Assembly (NCBI GenBank): GCA_937901865.1
Contig: CALDID010000179.1
Coordinates: forward strand, 4,096 to 68,095
Reading direction: 5' to 3'
Length of the DNA: 64,000 nt
Source of the DNA: an uncultured Treponema sp.
GTDB taxonomy: Bacteria; Spirochaetota; Spirochaetia; Treponematales; Treponemataceae
This document shows positions 38,846 through 48,344 of this stretch, one piece after another; position 1 is the first letter of the stretch; each line of letters opens with the position of its first letter. Made by a program: the position numbers and the translations under genes. The notes beneath the pieces were generated by a model, which made no database searches, had not been told where the DNA came from, and saw only the letters and a list, made by a program, of their open reading frames with translations.

Positions 38846-39742
38846 ATGTATCAGCTACACATACAAAACTATTGGTCAGACAGGGATTTACCTTTTCACT
38901 TTGAGTTTCGCAATCCGCAAGCTCCTTTCCCGATGCACTCTCACGATTTCCACGAAATCGCTATTGTCTACAGCGGAAAAGGCATTCACTTAACACAACA
39001 GGGCAACTATGAAATACAAGCAGGCGATGTGTTGAGCATTAAGCCAGGACAGCTTCACGGTTTCAAAAAGATTGAAAACTTGGTGTTGATGAATGTGCTT
39101 GTTCGCCCGTCGTTCTTTAACGAAGACCCCTTAGGGCTGTCGCAGGTGATAGGCTTTTCATCTCTCTTTGCACCAGAGATAAAGCCGAACGCCCCTATTG
39201 CACACGTTAGAATGAATCAGTTGCAGCTCTTTGAAGTGCGCGCTATTATCGAAAGCTCTCAGCAAGAGATTATGGCGCAGCAGTCAGGCTATGTGCCGCA
39301 AAGCATATCTCTTTTTATGCAGCTCATCGTCTTTATTTTGCGTGTGAACTCTAATCGAGATTTCTCTTCTTCATCTGCAAAAAACAGTGCCTCTATGCTG
39401 ATAAAGCACATCGAAAAGAATTTCAGAAAGACAATCACTATGTCGGATTTGGTTGAAATCTCAGGACTTTCCGAAAGCTCTATTCTTCGCACGTTCAAGC
39501 GCATTACAGGCTACCCCCCGTTTGTGTATCAAAACAGAATCCGTATGTTCGCCGCAATAAACGAGCTTATCTCCACCGACAAGGATATTACGCAGATTGC
39601 GCTTGACACAGGATTTTCAGACAGCAATTATTTCTCGCGTAGCTTCAAGAAGTTTATGAAGATGACCCCGACAGAGTATCGAGAGAACTTTGCAGGAAAT
39701 GAAGAGGGCGCAGAAGAAACAATTAACGAGAAAAAGAAATAA
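38846..39742 (+). CDS. AraC-family rhamnose regulator (RhaS/RhaR-like)
   Basis: Cupin HSHDFHEI plus AraC HTH ITQIALDTGFSDSNYFSRSFKK. Confidence 0.9.
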   Translation: MYQLHIQNYWSDRDLPFHFEFRNPQAPFPMHSHDFHEIAIVYSGKGIHLTQQGNYEIQAGDVLSIKPGQLHGFKKIENLVLMNVLVRPSFFNEDPLGLSQVIGFSSLFAPEIKPNAPIAHVRMNQLQLFEVRAIIESSQQEIMAQQSGYVPQSISLFMQLIVFILRVNSNRDFSSSSAKNSASMLIKHIEKNFRKTITMSDLVEISGLSESSILRTFKRITGYPPFVYQNRIRMFAAINELISTDKDITQIALDTGFSDSNYFSRSFKKFMKMTPTEYRENFAGNEEGAEETINEKKK

Positions 39743-39747
39743 AAAGG

Positions 39748-39786
39748 AAAGGGAGCTTTGAACAACTACATTCAAAAGCTCCCTCT
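39748..39786. terminator. Probable bidirectional terminator between the regulator and rhaM
   Basis: AAAGGGAGCTTTGAA...TTCAAAAGCTCCCT stem between convergent genes. Confidence 0.7.
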
Positions 39787-39849
39787 CGGAGAGGTTAGTA
39801 TGTTTAAAAGTAGCCTTTTACGGCGGTTGACTTTGTTAAGTCCTAAACA

Positions 39850-40170
39850 TTATTCAAAGTGGAACATTTGAACCAACGGCTTCGACACAGGAGAGTTATC
39901 AGGATTTACCTCCATAATGTCAGCCATCATATCCCACCATTTCTGCGTGATAGGCGTTACCGTTTGAGAATCTCCCGTAAAGCCTTCTTTCACTTTCTGC
40001 ACCGCGAATAAGATATTCGTTTCTTCATCTAGGAAGATATTGTAATCATAAACGCCTGCATTTTTCAGTTCAGTTTTTAGCTCATTCCAGATATTGTCGT
40101 GTCTTTTCTTGTATTCAGCAGCCTGACCTGCATTGAGCTTCATCTTGAACGCAACGATTTTATCAGCCAT
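39850..40170 (-). CDS. rhaM: L-rhamnose mutarotase
   Basis: AFKMKL...EYKKRHDNIW, YNIFLDEETN.LFA and KWWDMMADIM. Confidence 0.95.
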   Translation of the reverse strand: MADKIVAFKMKLNAGQAAEYKKRHDNIWNELKTELKNAGVYDYNIFLDEETNILFAVQKVKEGFTGDSQTVTPITQKWWDMMADIMEVNPDNSPVSKPLVQMFHFE

Positions 40171-40197
40171 TGTTATCTCCCGTTTCAACAACAAAAC

Positions 40198-41448
40198 TTA
40201 TCGCTTTGAAGTTACATCAGCTTCATATTTTGCGACTTCGTCGATTACGCCCAAATCGTTCGGAACATTGCTCTGTGCGCAGTATTCATTCCATACATCT
40301 GCAAACGGCAAAGTCTTTTCTGCCTCGATGAGTGCAAGGCGTGCGCCGTAATTGCCAGCGTCTTCGTATTCGCACAATTTCTTGTTCGGCATCAACAGCG
40401 CGTGCAACAAAGCCTTTTGAGAAGCTCTGCTTCCTGTTGCCCATGCACCAATGCGGTTAATAGAAGCGTCAAAGTAATCCGTGCCGATATGAATTTTATC
40501 GAGCTGATTTGTCTTAACAATTTCTTCCGCAACACTGCGAAGCTCATCGTTATAAAGAATAACGTGGTCGCTGTCCCATCTCACTCCACGAGATAAGTGG
40601 AACAATAAGCCTGGAACATACATCAATACTGTGCCGATTTTGTCTGCAACATTTTCTGTCGGGTGGAAATGACCAAGGTCAAGGGTGAGCATAATGTCAT
40701 TCTTGATTGCATAGCCTAAATAGAACTCATTGCTTCCCACAACATAAGACTCTGTACCAATTCCGAACACCTTAGACTCTACAGAGTCAAGCAAATACTC
40801 TTTAGAAATCTTTGTCTTCAAAATCTCATCGAGAGAACTCTTCAAAATCTCACGGTATATATTGCGGTCTGCAGGAATATCTTTCATACCGTCGGCAATC
40901 CAAATATTGTGAACACAAGCAGAACCTTGCGCCTTACCCATAGCCTCGCCGATTTCTCTACATCTCTTTGAATGTTCAATCCAAAAATCTCTGATACCCT
41001 TATCTTTGCTTGTCAAAGTCAAGCCGTCAGCTTTTGGGTGTGAAAAGAACGTGCTGTTAAAATCCAGTGCAAGATTGTGCTCTTTTGCCCAATCAATCCA
41101 GCTTTGAAAGTGCTCTACGCCGATTGCGTCGCGGTCAACCTTTTTACTCGATGAGAAATCTGCATAGTTTGCATGCAAGTTCAATCTGTATTTTCCAGGT
41201 GTAAGGCTCAATGCCTTGAGAATATCACTGCGGAGCTCTTCCATGTTGCGCGCTCTTCCAGGGTAATTTCCTGTAACCGCAAGCCCGCTTCCAAGAGCTG
41301 TCTCAGAGTTTTCAAAACCTACAATATCATCACCCTGCCAACAATGAAGAGAAATAGGGATTTGCTTTAGAGTTTCAATAGCCTTATCAGTGTCTATGCC
41401 TAAAGATGCATACACTTCTTTTGCTCGTTCATAGTTACTACTTGCCAT
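40198..41448 (-). CDS. rhaA: L-rhamnose isomerase
   Basis: SLHCWQGDD, TGNYPGRAR, VESKVFGIG.ESY, GHFHPTE and VRWDSDHV; start ATG 41448 after AGGAG. Confidence 0.96.
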   Translation of the reverse strand: MASSNYERAKEVYASLGIDTDKAIETLKQIPISLHCWQGDDIVGFENSETALGSGLAVTGNYPGRARNMEELRSDILKALSLTPGKYRLNLHANYADFSSSKKVDRDAIGVEHFQSWIDWAKEHNLALDFNSTFFSHPKADGLTLTSKDKGIRDFWIEHSKRCREIGEAMGKAQGSACVHNIWIADGMKDIPADRNIYREILKSSLDEILKTKISKEYLLDSVESKVFGIGTESYVVGSNEFYLGYAIKNDIMLTLDLGHFHPTENVADKIGTVLMYVPGLLFHLSRGVRWDSDHVILYNDELRSVAEEIVKTNQLDKIHIGTDYFDASINRIGAWATGSRASQKALLHALLMPNKKLCEYEDAGNYGARLALIEAEKTLPFADVWNEYCAQSNVPNDLGVIDEVAKYEADVTSKR

Positions 41449-41558
41449 ATATGTAACACTCCTTGTGTGTAATTTCCTGTCATTCAAGCTACTTAGAATG
41501 ATAAAGGCATAACACTACGTTCACCTTGACTAAACAATCTGTCAATAGCATTTTTTCG

Positions 41559-43559
41559 TCATTCTATTGCTTCATTTGCCAAAGAAGCTGCTCTAGCCGC
41601 CTCTACAGCCTTTTCTTTTGTCGTTCCGCTCATCTCTAAAGCCTCTTCAGTCTTTTTCTTTCTGCGGTTGAGTCTTTGACTCTCTTTTTTCGCCGCTAAC
41701 AATATCTCGCTTGCAATCTCAGCCCTAACGTGCAGCACCTGCGCAATCTGCGACTCTTGAGAAGCAGAAAGCTCCTCTATCGTCGTAAACGCCTTTGCCA
41801 ATGCCTTTGCTCTTTTTTCTGCAACATGCGGCAAAGAAGTAAAAGGAGAGATGACATTTTCTTTTGTGCGTAACTCTTGATTGCGGCTCGTGGCGAATCG
41901 GTGCGTTTCATCGCGAACTCGCTGCAGCAAACGCAGTGCATCGGAGTGCTTCGGCAAGCAAATGGGGCTAGAAGCGTGCGGCAACCAAATCTCCTCGTCC
42001 CTTTTTGCAAGCCCTGCAATCGCAATGTCGAGCCCTAACGACGAGATAATTGAATCAACAGCATTCACTTGCCCTATACCGCCATCGATTAAAATCAAGT
42101 CGGGCAATTCTTTATTGTCGTTCAAAAGCCTTGTGTAGCGACGACTCGTAGCCTCTTTCATACTTGCAAAATCGTCTATTAAGCCATCTGTCGTCTTTAA
42201 GCGGTATTCACGATAATTTTTCTTGTCAGGGTTTCCGTTGTAAAAGCTGATTAAAGACGCTACAGGGAACTTTCCGCCGATATGAGCAATATCAAAACCT
42301 TCTATTCGCCGCGGAAGATTCTTCAAAGAAAGCACTTTTTGCAATTCTTCAAGCGCAGGAGTATCACATTTCTTTCTGTTTCGGCGAATAATATCCTCTT
42401 TTGCATTCTGATATGCCATTCTAATCGTCGCTTTATGCCGTTCTTCGCTCAAAACTGCATTACTTTTATACCGATATGGCTTCGCATCATCTTCTTTTAC
42501 ATCATTTTGAATAAGAATTGCATGAATTTCTGGACAATACGCATAGTTTTTAGTAAACCAATGGCGAATTTCGTCAAGATATTCCGATAATGAGCTTTCT
42601 GTATCTGCGATAAGAGGCAAAAAGACACTCGGCGGCACTTTTTCTTTTTCGTCGTAATACGCGCACAAAAACTCGCCCACCAAGTCGCTATCTTCGCTCA
42701 AAGAAGACACTTGCAATAGATGATGCTCTGTAAGTTTGCCAAGCCTGACGCTTAGCACAGAGAATGACACCATTTCCCCCTCACGCGCAAAAGCTATGTA
42801 ATCCCTGTCTGCGCTATCAAATGTTTCAACAATATTTTGATTTTGCATAACAAGCAAAGCCTTCAAGCCATCGCGAAGACGAGCAGCCTTTTCAAAATCC
42901 AAGTTTTTCGCCGCTTCTTTCATCTCTTTTTCAATTCTGTTTTTTGTTTGCTCGCCTTTATTTTCAAGAAGCCTTCGTATTTCGTCGATAAATTGGTTAT
43001 AGGCTTTTTTATCGATTTTATCTAAGCAGGGAGCTTTGCACGCGCCTATATGATAATACATACAAGCGTGATTTTTTCGCATTGTTTTACATCGCCTTAT
43101 GGGATATAATTTATAAAGGGTCTTGATAAAAACATCGAGCGCATTAGCATCGGGAAATGGTCCAAAATAAAAAGAGCCATCTTCTATAATGCGGCGAGTT
43201 TTTATGATTTTTGGGTAATCTTCTTTCGTTATCTTCAGCGACGGATAAGATTTTCCGTCTTTGAGATTGATATTATAGCGAGGGGTGTATTTTTTTATTA
43301 GGTTGTTTTCCAACAAAAACGCTTCATACTCGTTCATTGTTGTGATATACTCTATCGAAATGGCGTGAGCAATAAGAAGTTGAGTTTTAATGTCTTTTTG
43401 CCCAGAAAAGTACGATGATAGGCGGTTTTTAAGGTTTTTCGCCTTACCAACGTAAATCACCGTAGCGTTTCGGTCGCGCCATAAATAAACTCCACTGGAA
43501 CTTGGTGCATTCAGTGCTGTTTGATGCAGGTTTTCTCTTGTATCTATATCGTTTGTCAT
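41559..43559 (-). CDS. uvrC: Excinuclease ABC subunit C
   Basis: GVY...IYVGKAKNLKNRLSSYF, RIEGFDIAH, DLILIDGG.GQ and RDETHRFA. Confidence 0.96.
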   Translation of the reverse strand: MTNDIDTRENLHQTALNAPSSSGVYLWRDRNATVIYVGKAKNLKNRLSSYFSGQKDIKTQLLIAHAISIEYITTMNEYEAFLLENNLIKKYTPRYNINLKDGKSYPSLKITKEDYPKIIKTRRIIEDGSFYFGPFPDANALDVFIKTLYKLYPIRRCKTMRKNHACMYYHIGACKAPCLDKIDKKAYNQFIDEIRRLLENKGEQTKNRIEKEMKEAAKNLDFEKAARLRDGLKALLVMQNQNIVETFDSADRDYIAFAREGEMVSFSVLSVRLGKLTEHHLLQVSSLSEDSDLVGEFLCAYYDEKEKVPPSVFLPLIADTESSLSEYLDEIRHWFTKNYAYCPEIHAILIQNDVKEDDAKPYRYKSNAVLSEERHKATIRMAYQNAKEDIIRRNRKKCDTPALEELQKVLSLKNLPRRIEGFDIAHIGGKFPVASLISFYNGNPDKKNYREYRLKTTDGLIDDFASMKEATSRRYTRLLNDNKELPDLILIDGGIGQVNAVDSIISSLGLDIAIAGLAKRDEEIWLPHASSPICLPKHSDALRLLQRVRDETHRFATSRNQELRTKENVISPFTSLPHVAEKRAKALAKAFTTIEELSASQESQIAQVLHVRAEIASEILLAAKKESQRLNRRKKKTEEALEMSGTTKEKAVEAARAASLANEAIE

Positions 43560-43571
43560 AGGCTGGTTTGT

Positions 43572-45131
43572 ATGTCTGTAAAAAGTTCTCTCTCCAAAAT
43601 ACTTCGATTTGCGTCAGTTTGTCTACTGTCTACCGCAATATTTTTTCCACTTTCTGCGGAATCTAAAACAATAACCTTAGGCGGAAAAAACGGCTGGAAC
43701 AATCTTTCTTATGAAAAGAACATCGAATACAATAAAGGAAAATTCGGTTGGGAATGTGTAGAGCTTGCAACAAACTCAAGGCGAGAAACTGAATACACAG
43801 ATTTGCTTTTGGACTTTGAAAAAGCCTCTTCTACTGATAAAACGGGAAACTATGAAATCCTAGCAGACGGCTTTACGCTTTCTAAAAAAGCAAAAATGGG
43901 AAAGAAAGCAGGTCTTTCTACAAGCCATACAGAAGGGATAAAGCTGAAGGGAAAAGAAAATACACTTTTCGGCTCAAGCGGAGAGACTGGTTCATTTTCA
44001 ATAGAGTTTTGGCTTTGCCCGTCAATCTCTGAAAACGGCGAAATCATTTTTTCATGGCGTTCTTCTCGCACAATCGACGAATATGTTACCTATCAGATGA
44101 TTACTGCTTCTTTCTTTAATAATCACCTTGAATGGAAGTTTTCTAATGTATTCGACGGCTACAAAGAAAACAATGGAGAGCTTTCTCTTAAAAGCTACCG
44201 AACTATTATCCCAAATACTTGGGCGCACCACGTTATCAGTTTTGATGAACAAACAGGGCTTATTGAATATCGCATAGACGGCAAAATAGAAGATTTGAAA
44301 TATGCCACACCTACAGGGCACGAGAGAGGCGGTAGCATATATATGCCAAATCTCGGAGTTGTTGCAGAACTTGAACTCTGTCCGCTTTTCACAGGCAGCA
44401 TAGATGATTTTAGAATATTAAGAACAAACATAGACGGTATTCCTTCTTCACAGGCTTTACGCAGTTTTAAGGCACTGCCAAAAGATGATAATTTATCACA
44501 AATCGCTTATGATGATTACAAGCTAACAGGCGGCAGAATCGAAAGCCAACCGCTACAAGTAAATCCTGGCTCTGTATTAGAAAGCGTCGACTCGCTTATA
44601 AACACGCCAAAACAAACTACTGTACAGCTCTTTGTTCGTGGGGGAGATAATTATTTCACTTGGACTGATACCTATCCTGAATGGAAAAGTGTAAATGCAG
44701 ACGGAAGCGTCAACGGTGTAAGAGGTCAATACTTTCAAGTTGCAGCAGATTTATACCCTGACGGCAACGGCAAAATATCTCCTTCTATAACGCAGATTAA
44801 GCTCAATTATTCAGAAACGCCTCTTCCGCTTCCGCCGTTCAAAGTTTCGGCAAAAGCAGGAAATGGCAGCGTAACGCTTTCTTGGTCGCACTCATTAGAT
44901 GATTCTGTTGGCGGCTATTATCTTTATTATGGAACACGACCTGGCGAATACCTCGGAAGAGGTGCAATACAAGGCTCTTCGCCTGTAGACGCTGGTAATA
45001 TCTCAACTTACACGATTACAGGCTTAAAAAATGGTACTTTGTATTATTTTGCAATCGCCACTTATTCAAGCATTGATAAATCTTTTATTGGTACTTTGTC
45101 TAACGAAGTTAGTGCAAGACCTTTGGAGTAA
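43572..45131 (+). CDS. Secreted LamG-like + fibronectin type III protein
   Basis: Signal peptide; FSIEFW, WAHH, FTGSIDDFRI (LamG); VTLSW...YTITGLKNGTLYYFAI (FN3). Confidence 0.78.
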   Translation: MSVKSSLSKILRFASVCLLSTAIFFPLSAESKTITLGGKNGWNNLSYEKNIEYNKGKFGWECVELATNSRRETEYTDLLLDFEKASSTDKTGNYEILADGFTLSKKAKMGKKAGLSTSHTEGIKLKGKENTLFGSSGETGSFSIEFWLCPSISENGEIIFSWRSSRTIDEYVTYQMITASFFNNHLEWKFSNVFDGYKENNGELSLKSYRTIIPNTWAHHVISFDEQTGLIEYRIDGKIEDLKYATPTGHERGGSIYMPNLGVVAELELCPLFTGSIDDFRILRTNIDGIPSSQALRSFKALPKDDNLSQIAYDDYKLTGGRIESQPLQVNPGSVLESVDSLINTPKQTTVQLFVRGGDNYFTWTDTYPEWKSVNADGSVNGVRGQYFQVAADLYPDGNGKISPSITQIKLNYSETPLPLPPFKVSAKAGNGSVTLSWSHSLDDSVGGYYLYYGTRPGEYLGRGAIQGSSPVDAGNISTYTITGLKNGTLYYFAIATYSSIDKSFIGTLSNEVSARPLE

Positions 45132-45137
45132 AGAGCT

Positions 45138-47603
45138 ATGATAGACAATCTTTTATTAAGCCGCGCAAAAGCAGCGGTTCTCGCCCGCGACTTTCAGCTG
45201 GCAACGAGGCTCTATAAAAACTTATTGAAAGAAAATCCAACCGATGTTTCACTGCTCAGTCAGCTCGGAAATATGTACGTAAAATCAGGGAACGACGAAA
45301 AGGCTCTCCCTATTTTCAATCAGATTCTCTCACTAGATAGCGACAATCTTGTGGCTATGAACAATCTTGGTGCGATTTATAGACGAAAAAAAGAATATGA
45401 TTCTTCTGTTGAAATCTTGCAAAAAGCACGCAGTGTTCACGGCGATAATTCTCAAGTCGAGTATAACTTAGGCTTCACTTATAAGATTATGGGAGAATCA
45501 GAAAAAGCTATTCAATGCTTTGAAGATGTAATAGAAGAAAACCCGTCTGATGTTTTAGCCTATAATCACATCGGTTCTATTTATGCAGAGCGAAAACGAC
45601 ACGAAGAAGCGGTGCAATCATATTTGCGCGGATTGAAAATCGACCCAAATCACCCTGTATTGCATTTGAATTTAGCTAAAAGCTATGAGAAGCTCAAAAA
45701 ATATGATGAGGCTCTTTTTGAATATGAAAATGCACTAAGGACAAAGCCAGGTTGGATAGAAGCCATCGACGGATATGCCGATTTATTGATGAAAGGAAGA
45801 AAGGCAAAAGATGCAAGTGCTATTGTAATGCAAGCGATTCGCCTTAATCCTGAAGACGCAAAAATGCATTCGAAGCTTGGCGGTATTCTTTCAAAACAAG
45901 GTGATTTAGAAAGCTCTATCGACGAGTATTCTCAAGCACTCAAGATAAAAGACGATTATGCACCTGCACTTTCAGGTCTTGCCTCTTCTTACGAAAAACA
46001 GGGTAATTTCTCTGCTGCTATTCAGACGATGGAAAAGCTAGAAAGCGTTAAGCCAAATAATGCAGAGGTATTGCAACAGTATTCGGGAATATTGCTGTCA
46101 GCTGATAAAACTGATGAAGCAAAAGAAAAACTCGATACGCTCATAGAAATGGCTGAAGATGACCCGCATACACTCAATTTGCTTGGTCAATATCACATTT
46201 GTACAGGTAATTTTGACAATGCAAAGAAATGCTTTGACAAAATCGAAGAGCTTTACCCTGCATTCAAAGAATATCTCAAAGACGGCGCAAAGAGAATGAA
46301 GCAACAAGGTATTTTTGATGAAGCGGAAACACTGCAAAAGCAATATCTTGCTCTTCACCCAGAAGACCCAGATTCATTGTCGTTCTTAGCAAATTTATAT
46401 GAAGAGCAAAACAAAGTTTCAGAAGCACTTGAGTTTTATAAAAGGTCGCTTAATGTATTCGGCGATAATATCGAGTATGCCAAAAGCGTCGAACGGCTTC
46501 AGCAACAGCTAAAAAGCGAAGAAGCCCCAATTTATGACACAACAGCAGATATTGACAGAGAGACAAGCAGTATCGCTGCTTTACAGAATGAAAACGCAGT
46601 TTCTGACGACGAAGCTGATGACAAAGAAGAAAATGAAGAGGCTGTAGACGATACGAATTCTTCTATAGAGAATATAGAAGAAGAGAATATAGAAGATGTT
46701 GCAGAATCAGACGAAGAGAATCAAGAAGCAGAGAGTGAAGAGGAAAACGAAGCGAAAAGCGATGATGACGATATTTTCTCTATGGACTTCGGCGAGAGCG
46801 AAAGTACAGACGACCTTTTTGCAAGTACTGCAACAACAGATAATATCACTCCTCCAGAACCACATAATACAGAAGATGATATTTCAAAGAGCATAGATAA
46901 AGTCGTTCCCCTTGATGAAATTACCGATTTTGACTTTTCAGGAATGCACCACGATTTAACTCCTGATGAAACACTTGCTTGGTCCTTGCACGAAAGCGAA
47001 CCAATCGGTAAAAAGTTCGATAAAACGATTGGTGTATTTCACATCAATCAACCGCTTCCAAACAATGCTACTAAAAAAGTTCCAGACATCGATTCTGCGT
47101 GGGATAATTCAGAAGTGCAACCAAAAGAGAAATTCGATTACTTCAACGATTTCAACGATATTTCTGCAGATGATTTCTCCGAAGCCGTCGATATGACTCC
47201 TCAAACTGATTCAGAAGAAACAGCTCAAACAGATTCTTCTGAACCTACAAAAGAACTCGATTTAGCAGAACTTGAAAAAGAAGCATTACCTCTTTTTGAG
47301 AAAATACACGATATGACTTCTTTCTTGCCAGAAGAAAAAAAAGAGCAATTCTTTGAAAGCAAACCGCGTATTCTTCTCGATTATGTCTTATCGAAACTAC
47401 ATAACGAAGATGGTCTTTTCACTCTTGCACAGAAACAAAGAACAAAACTCGGTATTAAAGACAATACAAATGAAACCGCTATAAATCGAGAGAGCATAAA
47501 GAACACGTTACAATGTTTAATGTCGCTCTCTGAAAGTCTTAGCGATAAATCTCTTTGTGTTGCGCTCGAAAATGAAGGCGAAAAACTTATTGCAAAGTTA
47601 TGA
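45138..47603 (+). CDS. TPR-repeat protein with a long acidic linker
   Basis: Many TPR repeats in the N-terminal ~450 aa, then a D/E-rich segment. Confidence 0.88.
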   Translation: MIDNLLLSRAKAAVLARDFQLATRLYKNLLKENPTDVSLLSQLGNMYVKSGNDEKALPIFNQILSLDSDNLVAMNNLGAIYRRKKEYDSSVEILQKARSVHGDNSQVEYNLGFTYKIMGESEKAIQCFEDVIEENPSDVLAYNHIGSIYAERKRHEEAVQSYLRGLKIDPNHPVLHLNLAKSYEKLKKYDEALFEYENALRTKPGWIEAIDGYADLLMKGRKAKDASAIVMQAIRLNPEDAKMHSKLGGILSKQGDLESSIDEYSQALKIKDDYAPALSGLASSYEKQGNFSAAIQTMEKLESVKPNNAEVLQQYSGILLSADKTDEAKEKLDTLIEMAEDDPHTLNLLGQYHICTGNFDNAKKCFDKIEELYPAFKEYLKDGAKRMKQQGIFDEAETLQKQYLALHPEDPDSLSFLANLYEEQNKVSEALEFYKRSLNVFGDNIEYAKSVERLQQQLKSEEAPIYDTTADIDRETSSIAALQNENAVSDDEADDKEENEEAVDDTNSSIENIEEENIEDVAESDEENQEAESEEENEAKSDDDDIFSMDFGESESTDDLFASTATTDNITPPEPHNTEDDISKSIDKVVPLDEITDFDFSGMHHDLTPDETLAWSLHESEPIGKKFDKTIGVFHINQPLPNNATKKVPDIDSAWDNSEVQPKEKFDYFNDFNDISADDFSEAVDMTPQTDSEETAQTDSSEPTKELDLAELEKEALPLFEKIHDMTSFLPEEKKEQFFESKPRILLDYVLSKLHNEDGLFTLAQKQRTKLGIKDNTNETAINRESIKNTLQCLMSLSESLSDKSLCVALENEGEKLIAKL

Positions 47604-48154
47604 AGCAGAACTTTATAAATCAAACACATTTCTTAGGCGTGTTACTCCCTGAAGACATTGATGGAGAAATAGAGAGTGCAAGAGAATATATGAGAGGTGC
47701 TTTTGGCTGTAAAAGCGGACAGAAAACGCCTCTTCACGTTACTCTTGTGCCTCCATTTCACTTGAGCGAAGAGTTTTCTACAACCGATATTATACGCGCT
47801 ATAAGAGAAATTGACTTTTCCCGCCTTGCGTTTACGAGCAAAATAGACGGCTACGACGCATTTGGCGACAGAACACTTTTTGCAAAAGTCATACCCAATA
47901 CACAATGGGTATCTTTGCGTGATACCGTGTTAAAAGCCCTCTTAAACGCAATTCCGCACTGCACTAAAAAAGATACTCGCCCGTTTACGCCTCATATCAC
48001 TGTTGCTAATCGCGATATTCCAGCAGGTTCTTCAGTAAAAGCATTAAAGGCTTTGAATGAACTAGAGCTAAAGGTAAGTTTTTCCGTTGATAATATAACG
48101 ATTTTTGAACGTAAAAACAGCCTCTGGGAAGTTGCAGACACAATCTGCTTTTAA
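47600..48154 (+). CDS. 2H phosphoesterase (2'-5' RNA ligase family)
   Basis: Two HxT motifs, HVTL and PHITV. Confidence 0.85.
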   Translation: MKQNFINQTHFLGVLLPEDIDGEIESAREYMRGAFGCKSGQKTPLHVTLVPPFHLSEEFSTTDIIRAIREIDFSRLAFTSKIDGYDAFGDRTLFAKVIPNTQWVSLRDTVLKALLNAIPHCTKKDTRPFTPHITVANRDIPAGSSVKALKALNELELKVSFSVDNITIFERKNSLWEVADTICF

Positions 48155-48344
48155 GAGAGCACACTGTAACATACCCTATTCAAAACACTCTGTGCGTGCG
48201 CAGCCTATGGCTGTTTTTATCAAAAATGTGTCAATAAAAACTCTAGCGGATTTTACATAATCGATTAAAATAATAATCAATTCTTGTAATGAAAACAGGT
48301 GATGTCGGCTTTTTAGGACTGCGCCTGCTCGGAGGGTTAGTTTA

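Noticed and set aside
39800..39871. Small plus-strand ORF (MFKSSLLRR...) after the SD-like GGAGAGG as a type I toxin
   Set aside because: It is not hydrophobic and runs antisense into rhaM; the sister motif at 36363 has no ATG, which favours the 3'UTR reading.
46590..46800. GAA/GAT-rich low-complexity stretch
   Set aside because: Explained by the acidic linker of the TPR protein.
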